Shown here: positions 50,201 through 63,697 of the stretch, piece after piece
Layout: every line of letters begins with the position of its first letter
Position numbering within the stretch: the stretch's first letter is position 1
NCBI RefSeq assembly: GCF_021869535.1
Contig: NW_026262690.1
Location: forward strand, 114,886,001-114,950,000
Source of the DNA: Mytilus californianus
Lineage: Eukaryota
Length of the DNA: 64,000 nucleotides
Direction of reading: 5' to 3'
Position numbers and translations under genes: made by a program
Notes under the pieces: generated by a model
Told to the model about the DNA's origin: nothing
Databases searched by the model: none
What the model saw: the letters and a program-made list of their open reading frames with translations, nothing else

Positions 50201-53200
50201 TTTCACAGTCCACTGAACATAGAAAATGATAGTATGAGTGGGGCATCTGTGTACTATGGATACACTCTTGTTTCTTCTCAAAACAATTTTTTTTTAAACA
50301 TGACATTTTCATGGACAACCGTTTATTTTAATCTTGTGAATTTATTAAATTGCAATAAACACAAACATTGAAATACCACACCCCTGTATTCTAACATTAG
50401 AAATTTAAAAGATGTTGAAGTATTCGGAAACACTATTCAGTTGATATGATTTACTACATATACAAATTCAGGTCAAATAATTTTCCTGTGACTTTCCGTA
50501 CAATATATAATTTGTATATATTTGAAATAATTTCTGCCTACATCTTAATAAAAATTTAATATACTATATTTACAATTTTTTTTATTATTGTGACTTTATT
50601 TCCTGTGACTTTTTATCCGTGACTTTTTTCTGTGACTTTTCTTCCTACATTCTTACATTTGTGTGTATCAAAATGACACTACAGCTCGGGTGGATTTTGC
50701 TTTGTCCACCGGCCCACCATGGGAGTGGGCACCGGGTGGGCAAAATTTGTACCTTGTCCACTCTGCCCACCTGTAGGAGTGGGCATTCAATTTCTTTTGT
50801 TTCATCTAAAGACTTGCAAGTACAATCACTTGAAAAAAGCAGATAAGCATTTGTAATCAATATTTTTACAAAAAAGAGATTATAGCTAGAGTGGGCACAG
50901 GTGGACTGCACACGGTGGGCCGGTGGAAAAAGCAAAATCCACACGGGCTGTTGTGTGATGTCTCAGTAAATCTACCCTGTATCCTTTTTCTCCCTTCTTG
51001 ATTGTAACATTATGCCACTAATAACTTCCAGACTGAATGTAATGATTCATATATATATATCAACACAATGTAAGACAATCAATTATGACAATGATGTAAT
51101 TGAAGCCTTTAAGTGAATATTTTATGGTTTTCACAATAATTGAAAGATTTTTTTGTTTGAAAGGGAAATAGAGTATAAAGGACAACCAATGGTAAGTCTA
51201 TCACAAGTCTGACGTCCAATTTCTTGTTCAGTATCTTTAACATGATTTGTAGAGATTATTTCATTGATTGCTTTTTAATTATTTTTGGATTCCAGTTCTC
51301 TCAAGCTTACATACATGTATATAAATTTTTTTGTAGTTCAAGGTAAGAAAATAGCATGGTATTCAATTAAAAACATCAGACTATCACTGGTTTGCTGTTA
51401 ACCAAATTTATTAATGGTTAATTAGGTCATCCCCAAAAAACTGCTGATACGTAGAAATGGACTGTAGAAAAAAATAGATTTTACTGTATAAGAATATGTA
51501 AAAATTTCATTTGTTTTTACTTCTGATATAAATTTGGTAGATTTCCACACATTTCTGATTTCTGATTGATGTTGACGCAATAATTCATTACATGGTTGAT
51601 TTAATTTTGTTGAATTCGTGTACATGTACATCAAATAAACAGATGGACATTTTTTCGAATCAAGGGGCTTCTTAGTCTAAACTGACTCAATGTGTAGGTA
51701 AGAACCTCCAAGGTCTATTTGGTATGTTTATAATATTTCCCCCTTTACAATGAAATACAGGTATCATATGACATCTCATCCAGACAAACTATTTGAGATA
51801 AACATCAGCCGCCTAATTTATAGTTATAGTAATTCTGGTTGACTAAATAGTTATTGATTTAGACAATATAGCACCAAGTTATGTCATATGACTCCAGTAT
51901 TGTATTGTAATTGTCAAAGAGTCTAGCATTTTATTACCATCCAGTTTTGCAAGAGTAATTAGCTGATTTCTGTACTTAGTCTTTTTATGATTACAATTTT
52001 TTCTGATGCAAATTTTTAATTGCTGATAATTTTTAGTACATATGCTCTAACTTATTAAAGCTGCCAGTCTATGATTTTACCAGAAGCTTTTCAAACAAAT
52101 AGAATTAAGAGATGGCAATTAGCAGGGCCTCAGTAGCACACCCCCTCCCCTTTTCCCCCCTATAATTTTGGAAATATCAAAAACTGAGGTTTACAATCAC
52201 TAAAACAGGCTAACAATCACTGAGGCAAGTACTTTAAACAATATATGGTTGAACCTTAAAGTTCACTCTGACTAACTTTTATAGCCTACCAACCATAACA
52301 TTTTCATCTGCATTGAAATTAGCCAGGCACTTATATTTTATTTGCCATGGTTATGGTACAGTTTCTTTATTGATTCATCTGACTATTTCATTTTCTCCTA
52401 TGTAAATAGTAGTGAAGTATCATCACCCAAATATTTCCTCCATTGATTACATTTAATTTGAATCTTTACAGAATTGACTATGTTTAATTAATTCCCCAAG
52501 AGAAAAATTGTAATTTGGGCCACACTTAAAAATATTTTAGTTTGCCCAAACCCTACCCAAAGGTAGAGACAGTGGTTAGGTAGGTAGGCATTTTTTTTTC
52601 ATCGGCAAAGAGAAATTGAAGTGTCAGATTTTTTTTAGTTTTCATACCAACATGTATCTGATTTAAAAAAAAACTTTTTCACATCAGGACAATAAAAGAT
52701 TTTGAGAAGGCAGATATTTTCTGGGTAGGTAGGGTTAGGGCAAACAAACATATTCTTTTTTATGGCCTTGGCTTATTATGAACAAAGCAGATGTGGATGT
52801 CACTTTTTATCTCTTACCTTTATATGTTACATAAGTTATCCTGAACATGTAGATATCTTGCTTTGTTGAATTTCATTTGTTTCCACATTTTTTTTAGTTT
52901 TAAAGTAAAAACTGTATGATGAATATAAAAGCCAGAAAAATAGATAGATTTATTGATGTTTGCATTATGCCGCATCATCGCAAAAAAGGTATATATCATG
53001 GACTGGTGAATGAAAATTAGTAAACACTGGAATTTCAACTATACACATTACACTAACCAGAAATCATTTAAAGTAGATCACTACGAGCTAATTTGTCTTT
53101 CCCAGGATGTCAGAATAAAACATAGGAAGTATTATTGCTGTTTTTTCCATACTAGACACTAAATGGGGAACCATGTACAATGTATGACTATATTGACAAT

Positions 53201-56200
53201 AACCTTACTGAAAATAAGAAAAAATGATAAATTTTCACTCAATAAAGCTGAGGACGTCTTTGAAACTTGGTTTTGATAAACCAGTCACTTAAACTGTATC
53301 TTCATGGGATGCTTATTGTTGGGGAAGAATAAGCTTTATAAATCAACAAAGTTTTGTAGATGTACATGTACATGTTGTATATATCTGTCAGAAGTTATCA
53401 AAACAGATTTGTACTTATTACAAAGATAGAGCACATTTTTTCCTGTGTAGCTTGCCTGGACATGTTGATGAGTTCCATCAAACATATGATAAACAAGATT
53501 ATCTGGTAGATAAGATTTCTGACATGATAAAGATTTGTATACTTTGGGGAATTTCTGGGAATGTGCCATGATAATCTGTAGGGGGAGGGATTATATCAAT
53601 ATCATCTCTGATTATCATTGTTATAATATACACTAATTATCTCCAATATAATAATAATACACACTAATTAAATCCATAATAAGGTGTATCCCATAGGAAA
53701 TAGTTGGAGGGTTAAATAAACAAATTAATATCACATCTGGGAATGTTACATGTCTATGTATATATTTTTATTTATATATCTTGTATTTTGGTTTTGAGGG
53801 GTCTGTAGATGGCCTGTTGTTCTAATCAATGTACCATATTTTTCTAGTAGCAGCCAAACTTTCTTACCATAGATCCCAGTTGATCTACCTTGCCAAATCT
53901 TCCTGTAGTATTAAACGTAAATTTGGTATTGTTCTTGAAACATGAAATATTTGCCACTGGATGTTAATTAACCAATAATCAATATCGTTGTTATTTTAGG
54001 AGTTTTTTCCAACTATTTGATGGTCATTCTGACAGTTTGATCTCATGCTGGTTGATTTAGTGTAGTGCACTGATTAATAAGTTTTGTACATGATAGTGCA
54101 TTTAATAAAGGTAACTTGAGTTATCTCCCATGTTTAAAGTGGAACTAAAAACTAAGTCAGTTAATTAATGCAGTGCTCTTTTGTTGATTTTAAATGATTT
54201 GTTTCATGGAAGTTGTCAAACTTTTTCTGATCCAAATTAAATATTCATGAAACATGTTTGAATCATTTTTATATTGGCTTTATTTCAAACCAGACATTGA
54301 GAAAAAAATACATAACTGTCTGAATTTTAAAGTTAAAATAAGTAGTTAAAGTGTTTTAGGCAGATAAATGTCTTCTGATATTTGAACTTGACTGGCCACA
54401 TAAAAATGTATGTTGACTTTTACTTAACATAATACCATTTAATTTAAGATGACAATTTTGATTGAATTTCATGATGTTATTTAACGTATACCCCCAGGTT
54501 TAAAACAAATTACACAAGTATTTAAAAACAAGTATCTGTGTCAAGTATTTTGGGTCGTACCAAATAAACTGCATTTTAAGTTATTTAACTACAAGTGGTA
54601 TTCAATTAGTTTTACTTGTAGGATGTGCTTTTTATGGCCAGCAAATTCATTTAAATTCCCATTTGCATATTTTCATCAATTAAATTGTAAAAAGTGAACT
54701 TAACTAATAACTTATATTTCATTATTAAGATTTCTTAGTTTGGTGTTCAAGTACCTCTATCTTCCCTAAAAAAATAAGAAGAATACTTGAAAAAGAGATA
54801 TTTTCTGAAAGATTTTGTTATGTTTTGCAAATTTGAGTACATTTGATTTTCACTCCATTTCCCTATCTGATGGCATTAACTGCATATCCTTTCAACTGTG
54901 CCACTAAATGAATTGTGGCCTAGTGGTGTAAGAAGTTTTTCCACATTGATCGCTAGCCTGTTAACTCTTGAGGTTATGAGTCTGAACCCTGCTCATGGTG
55001 AAGTGTGTTCAATTCTTATCTTGATTGACAAGGATTGCTAGTTGACTTATTGAAGGTTGTGGTTCTCTCAGGTTACTACAGGTTACTACGGCTTCCTTCG
55101 TCCACAAAAACTTGGCATCATGATATAGCCAAGTTTGCTGAAAGTCACTTTAAACACCAGCAAACGAACAAAGCGATTGTAGATTGGTACCTTATTTATT
55201 TGTTCTCAGATAGTTAGATTAGAACCAAACTAAAAATAAATGAATAAACATTAAAGGGGGTAAAAAGGTGTACTTTTGAAAAAAAAATAATCATAAAGAG
55301 TTTTAGCGACCATTTGTCACGGCCAGAAATCGAAGATGACATCATTTTTATACGCACCTTTACGGGACGTATTATGGTATACCTCTGTCCGTCTGTCGTC
55401 AACATGTCGGACATTAACTCAAAAACACTTTAACCAATTTGCATAAAACTTTGGTGAATTGTTTATATCTATTGACGTGAGCTCCCTTTTGTTTTTTATA
55501 AATTTTAGATTTTACGTTTCCGAGTTATGGGGTTTTATTCATTAAAAAAAGGGGGATTTTCCAGTTTTCGGACAATAACTCAAGAATGCTTTCACCAACT
55601 TGCAAGAAATTGTGGTGAATTGTTTATATCTATTGACATGAGCTCCCTTTCAATTTTATATATTTTAGATTTTACGTTTCCTAGTTACAGGGTTTTATTC
55701 ATAAAAAAAGGGGGATTTTCCAGTTTTCGTAAAAAAAATTAAAAATGCTTTCAGCAGTTCGTATGAAACTTTGGTGAATTGCTTATATCTATTGATGTAA
55801 GCTCCGTTTAGAATTTTATAAATTTTACATTTTACATTTTACATTTCTGAGTTATGGGGTTTTATTCATTAAAAAAGGGAGGATTTTACAGTTTTCGGAC
55901 AATATCAAAACTCAAAAATGCTGTCAGCAATTCTCATGAAACTTTGGTGAATTGTTTATTTCTATTGATGTAAGCTCCCTTTACATTTTTATAAATTTCT
56001 AATATGACATTGAGAATTAATTGATCTTTATTTGTTTATAGTCTGACAACAGATTTACTAAGTATTGCGCAACAGCACAGTGTATTGCACAACAGCAAGA
56101 AATCTTGAATTGAATATAAATTCAATTCATTTAACCAATTTCAAGTTCTTTGACTACATTTATTCAGAAACCTATAACATGTCAAATATTTAATACAATC

Positions 56201-59200
56201 CAAATTCAGACCTGTATCAAGCTTGAATATTGTGTCCATTTTTGCCCCAACTGTTCAGGGTTGGACCTCTGCGGGCGTATCCAGCTGCGCTCAGCGAAGC
56301 AGTTTATTATCTAAGCTAGAAATTCTCATTGGATTGTAAAACCTGAATATGAATATGGATTCAAAGGTTAAAAGGATAATAAAGAAAATGGCCGAAACAT
56401 CTTAAAAAAATGGTTACAATGATGTAAAATGTGTTCCATAATGGAATTTCTAAACAAGAAATGAATATGAACAATTAATAGATGAATTCTTGAAGCTTAA
56501 AGAACTTTGATTTAGCTTCATGTGCTAAAATTGCAAAAATTTGCATCGAAAAGGATGCATTTTCATTCTATCTGAGATATCGTTTATACAAATAATTTTA
56601 TAAACAAAAAGGCTTCAAAATATAACTTAATATAAAAGTCTGTCTCTTACTTAAATGAAGGCTAGTTTGATTAGAACCATATTTTCGATGAAAACTATAA
56701 AAATTGGCATCTATGAATAAAAGTATTATACAACAAATATGCTTTAGGACGATCCCCTGGGGAGAGTGCAATCTAACAAACTTTACACAGATCAATCACT
56801 TTAAAGTACATCCTATAAAACATATCAATTATGATCAAGTTCTATTATTATTTATAACTATAACAGTGTTCTGAGTGTTAAAAGTTCACTTGACTATCAG
56901 CAGCTCTTATGAATTATAAGGAAACAGGATTACATACAAGGATAGTTTCGAATGCAAAGAAGATTTAATATATGAATGCAAGATTATAGATTCCCATCCT
57001 CAATCTTAGAAAATTTGACTGCAGATGAAATATGAATTAAATCCTTTAACAATTGATATATTTGTATATAATTCATATGTGAAGGGTTTTCCACAGCATT
57101 TATGAGTTTCTTTAAAACAGGATATTGTCATTATTTAAAAGGGTCTTTTATGGCTGAGTTGTCTAAGATTTCACTCTACAGTGATCACCAGCTTGTTAAC
57201 TCTGAGGTTGTCACTAATGGTAAGGTGTGTTCCACTCTCATCTTAATTTACAAGGATTGCAGGTTTCCCTGCAAGGTTGGTTTGTTCTCTCCACTGGACC
57301 CCAGTTTCTTCCACCTACAAAACTGTCTGCCATGCTATAAAAGCCAAGGTTGCTAAAAGTGGCATTTAAAACACCAAAAAACAAACAAAATATATATATT
57401 AAAAAACTACATGCTCATTAATGAAGTAGAATTTACTGTATGGAATATAATATGAAAAAAATTTCAATTTTCATTTGCCCTCATTTAAGTCTGGGTGGAT
57501 GAAAATCAAATTACGGTTTGTTTATTTTGCTAGTGGTTTTCAGCCTTTGGGAAGAAAGATAGTGTATATGTATATTGAAGAAATAAGTTAATTAAAAAGT
57601 TGGAGAATTGTCAGAAAATCACAGTTACAGCTTATTTGCTTGATTGTATTTAATCTGAACTAACAGTTGGACAAGTAAATACCAGAAATTCTAATTTATT
57701 TTATGTTCATAGATGATTGTGCTCATGTACTATCTGGTTGCAGAAATTTATTTTATGAATTTTAAAATGTTTATGAATATGATTGCAGATGAACATTAAG
57801 TTAAACTTGATATTATTCATGATCATCAAAGAAGCTCAAAAGAATTATTCTTTATTCTATGCAGAATATTTGATTGAAGAAGCTAGTTGAGAATTGTTTC
57901 ATGCACAATATCAGATTACTTAATTATAAAGAGTGGGCAAAAGAAAGCCCAGTTTGTGTGCTTTTCATTAAAACTTTAAAAAACTTTTATGAACTTGAAA
58001 TGTAACGCTTTTATGTTTATCACACATGAATATTGATATATGAAAGAATTAATTCATTGACACATTGATATTAGTAAACTTGGGGTCTCTCCCCTTTTAA
58101 TTTTATGTCATCTGAATTAAACTGCTGAGGACATGCAGTCTGAGAGTTATTTACCTTTTTAACAAATATTTGCCCATATACATTATACATGGATAAAGCT
58201 TTTATTTTAGTTTTGAATTTTTATGCCCCACCTAGGGGCAATATGTTTTTCGGTCTGTGCGTCTGTTCGTCCGTCTGTTCGTCTGTCCCGCTTCAGGTTA
58301 AAGTTTTTGGTCAAGGTAGTTTTTGATGAAGTTGAAGTGAAGTCAACTTGAAACTAAGTACACATGTTCCCTATGATATGATCTTTCTAATTTTAATGTC
58401 AAATTAGAGTTTTCACCCCAATTTCACAGTCCACTGAACATAGAAAATGATAGTGCGAGTGGGGCATCCGTGTACTATGGTCACATTCTTGTTTTGATAT
58501 GAATAAAAGAGATGTGGGGCATACATCAATGAGACAGCAACCTCAAAACACAATAAATCCACACAAAAGGTGTTATTTAAAAAGGGGAACATGTAGTAGT
58601 GATCAAGTTCATGAAAGTAAGTTTGTTCAGAACAAAATTGAAAAATGGATCTTAAGAAAAAGATCAAACTTTTTAATCATTAAATATATTCATATTGTAG
58701 AAGGAGTTTGTATTACAGTATACAGATCAAAGAATTGTGCGTTAGTTGTAGCGCCATCTGTGTTTGTTTACTTCCATGGTGGAGGAAATGTGGTGGGATC
58801 ACGGAAAACTGTTGATACTGTGTGTAAAATATTTTCTAGGTATGGATATATGTAAAAAGTAATTATACCCGGCTTTAAAAAAGTGGGGGTATACTGTTTT
58901 ACCTCTGTCAAGAAGACTTTTTAATTCTTGAATGCCATTTATCTCTTTTGGTCTGACAGCACATGGTTTTTATTTGGGGGGTGGGAGCAGGAGGTTGGAG
59001 GTTGGCGAATACTAAGCCATGCATTTCCCTTTGAAAGTTGCAATTGACTAATTTGATTATCTCCTCAAAACAAAGATACAGGGATGTATATAGAAAATCT
59101 ATAACACCCATAAAAAGTATGAAGTATGTAGATAAACAGAAAAATATTGAAATTTTTTTTCCTAGGTTTATAGCTTATTGAAATGTTAAACTAATATCAG

Positions 59201-62200
59201 GTCAATTAGCTCTACATTAAGTGGAACATCAAAGTATACTTGAGGTTGTTATAAATATCAGTAGGTTAACTTGCACATAAATATGAAATATATATAGCAT
59301 TAGATCAGATGAACGGATTTGGTTTTTGTGTAATACTGTAAATTCAGAAATTATTGCGTGCATTTATTATTGCGATTTTTCAAGAATGGACAAAAATGCG
59401 AGATTAATTATTGCGATATCATGAAAATCTGCATACAGATATATGTAACAGACATCAGAATGCGAGTTCTTATTATTGCGATAGTCACCCAGTCGCATTA
59501 TTCGCATTAATAAAAACCTCGCAATAATTTCTGAATTTACAGTATTAATATCTGTCTTCTGCTGCTGTGTTCATAGTCATCAGAAATATTAGAGATTGCA
59601 ATGCAGTCATCAACTTGTTATATCACTTCATAGATGTGCTGTGCAGTAAATTGTGAATAATGAAATTATTTCATGTCTTGGATGTTTGGTGTTTGAAATT
59701 CCAAGTGATATATGATAATATGCATTTAGTAGAAGGAGTTATTGTTATTTTCTTCCCAAATGTGATAAATTTTATCAAAAGCAATTTTGAAAGTTGCAAT
59801 CAAGATAACTAAACCCTTGTATCAGGCCATTCATTAAGAGGTGGTATCCAGTACTGTCTAAATTTAGGAATTATTAAATAAGGTATTCTTGGAATATGTT
59901 GAATAATACCACCTACAAATGAAAAAGTACCAGTCAATATGAAAGATAATTAAGCCCCTGTTGTATGTTGACCTCAAGTTGTCTGTTGAGTTTTCTATGA
60001 GTTCCTGTCTCTTTGACTAAACACCACATCTCTTTAAATGCTTCTATAAAAGCCAAAATACACAATTTCCTTACACAATTTTTTTTATTTATGGAAAAGT
60101 ATTTGGTAAGAGTAATCTGTATCTTGGCTAAATTTGACAGGTTTTATTTCCGTAAGGAAATTGACAGAAATTAATTGGAGTTAGATTTCACACCTCTCTA
60201 TATTTGGTTAAATAACTGTGGTAAAATAATTATTGGTCTTCTGTGTAAGTTAATTACAAATTTTGTAGATTGTATAGAGTAATACTGTATTCCAAGTTTT
60301 ATTGGGTTCATCAATTATTTTGTACAAACACCAAAAATCTTTCAAACATCCATCTTAGCCGTAAAATTGAAAGATTGAAACATGCAAGATATTTGTAATC
60401 AATAAGACAAGTTTACTTGATTGAAAACGCTTTACTACTTGTTGAAATATTACATCACACATATTGGTTCTCTGCTTTTTATATAAAGCTATTCAGATGG
60501 TATAAGAAAGAATTGTAAAAATTAGAGCATTTGAAAAATTTATTATTATGATTTTAAATATTTTCATTCAGACTTTCAGACTTAGAATTGTTAGTGTATG
60601 AAGGTCTAGTGCCTTAATTTTAATTAGTATGCATCTACCCGTAATATGGATCATGAAAAAATATTGTGATTTTTTAGCAATTGTTTCATTAGCATTATTT
60701 TAGTGAAAGAAGTTTTAGGTTTGAATTCACAGAAAATGAAGTTTTTTTTAATAAAAACTTTTAGCTTTTGATTTTGCCATTTGATAAAGGACTTTCTGTT
60801 TTGAATTTTCCTAGGAGTTCTGTATTTTTGATATTTTACTTTTTTCCAATCTTAATAATTGATATTATTTTTAAAACTTGCATTAAAGGTTTAAGAAAAT
60901 AGGAATGCAGAAATGATATAAGTGTGTTGTCATTTAAGAAACAACATCATAGGGGAGAATGGCTAAATTTTTCCAAAGATTTGCTATTTTCAGAAAAAAC
61001 ACACACAACATGTACACAAGCATCCCCAAAGTTAGTTTTTGTCAGTAAATAGTGTTTTTTGTACGTTTCTTTCATATATCTTTTTCAGTGAATGTTGTGC
61101 TTTATGTTATTTATCTTCATGCTATATATGCAAAGTATACAATACACCTTATCGCTATTTGTCCGCTATTACTGGACATCACAAAGATTCCCATAAAAAT
61201 TTGACGTCATAATAGAAAATATCTGACGCCACAATTGAAAAGTGATTGTTGTATGACCTCAATAGTTCAAGAGGGGCAGATTCTCGGGTCAAGTGGCGCA
61301 GATTTCCAAATAGCGATAAGTTCTATTGTTTTATGGCTGTTTGACCCTTTGTTAAGAATATTTCAAGCCTGTAGGCAAAGTATTGGTCCACTGTCCATCT
61401 TGAGTTGTTTCTGAGAATGAGTTTGAATATCTCTATTTATCTTTAAAGATTTTCTCATTTAAGTCTTTGTTTATTTTTGTATTTGTATTTTGTAAATGTC
61501 AGGTTTATTTTTGTATTTGTATTTTGTAAATGTCAGCTGGTATCATTCCTGTACTGGAATTTACATCAATAAAATTATTTGATTTAAGTCATTCTAAAGA
61601 TTAAAGGAAAAATCCCAAATTACCAATAAAATTACCGGTTAATGAAATTTCTCAAATGTAGATATATTTCAATCAAAAGATCAGCTGATTTCAGAATCCC
61701 AAATAAGATAATAGGCTCAATCCTGATGTTACATAATGGGTCCTTCCTTTTAAACTTGTTGACAATTACTTGATATTTTTGAAGCTTTAGTCTGTAGAAG
61801 GAATTACATAATTGAATAGGCTATCTTTATCAAACCATTTACAGTAAACCAATCAATGATTTTAACCTAATCACGACATGAATATTATATGTTTTGTAAC
61901 TTCTTTGAACTTTCAAGTCTAATAAATAAACATATATATACCATTGAATGGGTAAAACAAACTTTGCTGTCTCCTGGTTTTGATTCCCTTAAATTGCTTT
62001 TCACAGTATAAACATAGTTTATTGATGAATGCATGTTTAGAACAATTACAGATTACAGGATAAGATTGTAAAATTTTGGTGCAGAAGTTTAAATAATTCA
62101 TTAATATAGGGAATAGCTTGATAAAAAGATGTAACTAAGTACCTAGGCATCAATAAATTTAACTGGGTTTCAGTACAGGAAACAAAACTTCCTGAAGGTC

Positions 62201-63697
62201 AACAAGTTTATATAGCAATTGTTGTATCCCACTGAACCTAAGAAATATATTATCTCCATTCTACAGATTTTTTTCTTTTGGTATAAAAGTAAGGATATAT
62301 ATCTAATATTACAACTATCAACTGAATACTTTTTTTATACTTCACAAGCTTTGGTAAATGATTTTTTTTATATTTCATCAATCACTATGACCTGACCATT
62401 GTCAATTGAATTGTTTCACCATTTGTCATGTCAGAGCCCATTGAAGCTGACTATATGATATGGGTTTTGCTCATTGTTGAAGGCCTTATGGCAGACCTAT
62501 AATTGGTTAAATCCACTTCATTTTGACTCAGATGGATAGTTTTCTCATTGGAATTGGCAATCATACCACATCTCCTTATTTAATTTTACATTAGTATCAA
62601 TCCTTTGAAAAAGATTTTACTTAATGTTTTCTTTGTAAATTGTTGAATGACATCAACGAAACCTACAATGATGACTGGGGTATGTTTATTTGGTAACCTT
62701 GACTTCTCCTGGAAAGGTGGGGTTGGAAGTATCAATTTTCCATTGGTAAATGTATGTTTAGTCAGAATGTTGATAAATCAGATATCCCCTGTTGGGAATT
62801 CTTGACTTTAAGACATTCAAGAACCCCTGCAACAATTCTTTGAGGGGTGACCAGTTACAAAACAAATCTAATATTTAAAATCAATTGATTCATTGCATGA
62901 TTTATTCTTATCCTGAATTTGTATGAAATATTTGCCACTGATCTTTTTTGTATACAATAAATTAATCAATCTTCAAACTTTTTGGATAATGTGTAGGTCC
63001 TTAATTTTTATTTGGCTTTCTTTAACTTTAGGTCTTTATTGTATCTTATGTGGTTATTTCAGAATTATTATAACCCCATTCTAGGAATGGGAGTTACCGA
63101 TATATTGCATTCACCTTGCCCATTCATTCATCTGTGTTTTTCTGACAAATGTTTTTTTTGTCACACTTTTTCAGCTACTATTGAACAGAAGGACTTCATA
63201 TTTGTTCAGCAGCTTGTTAGTGATGAGTTGTAAATTGTGAGCACTTTTGGATCTGTCAGGCCACAACTTCCTGTTTGTCAATACTTTCAGAATTTTTCAG
63301 TATATTGAAAACAAAGGAAAATTGTCTTCAAACATTTTTCCAGTACTAATAAACAGAATGGCTTCATATTTAGTCAGCAGTTGAATGTGATAAGTTGTAA
63401 TATGTGAACACTTATTGCATCTGTCAGACACCTACTTCCTGTTTTCATATACTTTGAATTACAGGTGGGTGTAAGCTTAGCATGACAGTTTGTTCTTTCT
63501 TGTTAGATTAAATATTATTTTAATTTTAGGGATGCCCCTTGTGTTGTGGTAAATTAAATATTGTTTTATTTTTAGGGATGCCCCTTGTGTTGTGGTAAAT
63601 GTAGAATACAGATGTGGACCAGAACATAAGTACCCAGCCAACCATGAAGATGCTGTCTGTGTTGTACGATGGGTCAAAATGAACAAAGGATTAATAG
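47214..63697 (+). CDS. Tandem paralog 2 of the HSL-type alpha/beta-hydrolase; first three exons only, continues past the right edge
   Basis: Exons 47214-47436, 58701-58839 and 63576-63697 have the same intron positions and phases (1, 2, 1) as paralog 1, and exon 3 is 122 nt in both. Translation: MSEALNDLKKKYKVHEETESYFKLRTENG..PSPYVK|EGVCITVYRSK..VYFHGGGNVVGSRKTVDTVCKIFSR|DAPCVVVNVEYRCGPEHKYPANHEDAVCVVRWV. Confidence 0.88.
48442..48839 (-). mobile_element. Probable solo LTR (~400 bp) in hydrolase-2 intron 1
   Basis: GC-rich island. The minus strand reads CGTAAC ... TATAAGTA ... AATAAA ... GTTACA (TG..CA-type inverted termini with one mismatch). No TSD recognised. Confidence 0.5.
49993..50273 (+). 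mobile_element. Short HINE-type element; near-identical copy at 58218-58495 in the same intron
   Basis: ATGCCCCACTTAGGGGCA 5' hairpin, GTTC microsatellite, and GGGGCAT subTIR near the 3' end. Confidence 0.75.
50677..50955. mobile_element. Non-autonomous CACTA/EnSpm element (279 bp)
   Basis: Starts CACTA and ends TTGTG (one mismatch from TAGTG). It has ~40-bp imperfect TIRs, a 3-bp TSD TGA (50674-50676 and 50956-50958) and GTGGGC/GCCCAC subterminal repeats. Confidence 0.85.
55345..56000 (+). mobile_element. HINE-type element family D, 3' truncated
   Basis: Four internal repeats of AAACTTTGGTGAATTGTTTATATCTATTGA at ~160-175 bp spacing, reverse-complementary to the repeats in 1273-1826. Confidence 0.65.
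58218..58495 (+). mobile_element. Short HINE-type element, second copy in hydrolase-2 intron 1
   Basis: High identity to 49993-50273 along its length. Confidence 0.75.
59334..59544. mobile_element. Tc1/mariner-like MITE with a perfect 25-bp inverted repeat including TA; fragments at ~22197, ~37100 and ~41265
   Basis: TACTGTAAATTCAGAAATTATTGCG ... CGCAATAATTTCTGAATTTACAGTA. Confidence 0.85.
63507..63598 (+). repeat. 46-bp tandem duplication spanning the hydrolase-2 exon 3 splice acceptor
   Basis: ATTAAATATT..TTTTAG|GGATGCCCCTTGTGTTGTGGTAA occurs twice (63507-63552 and 63553-63598). Confidence 0.95.

Noticed and set aside
53336-53580. 77-aa ORF and coding-like composition in hydrolase-2 intron 1
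   Set aside because: No recognisable domain, no convincing pair of splice sites and no similarity to the hydrolase exons.
58499-58700. N-terminal part of the 118-aa ORF 58499-58855
   Set aside because: Only 58701-58839 is the exon. The upstream part is intronic and includes a repeat fragment.
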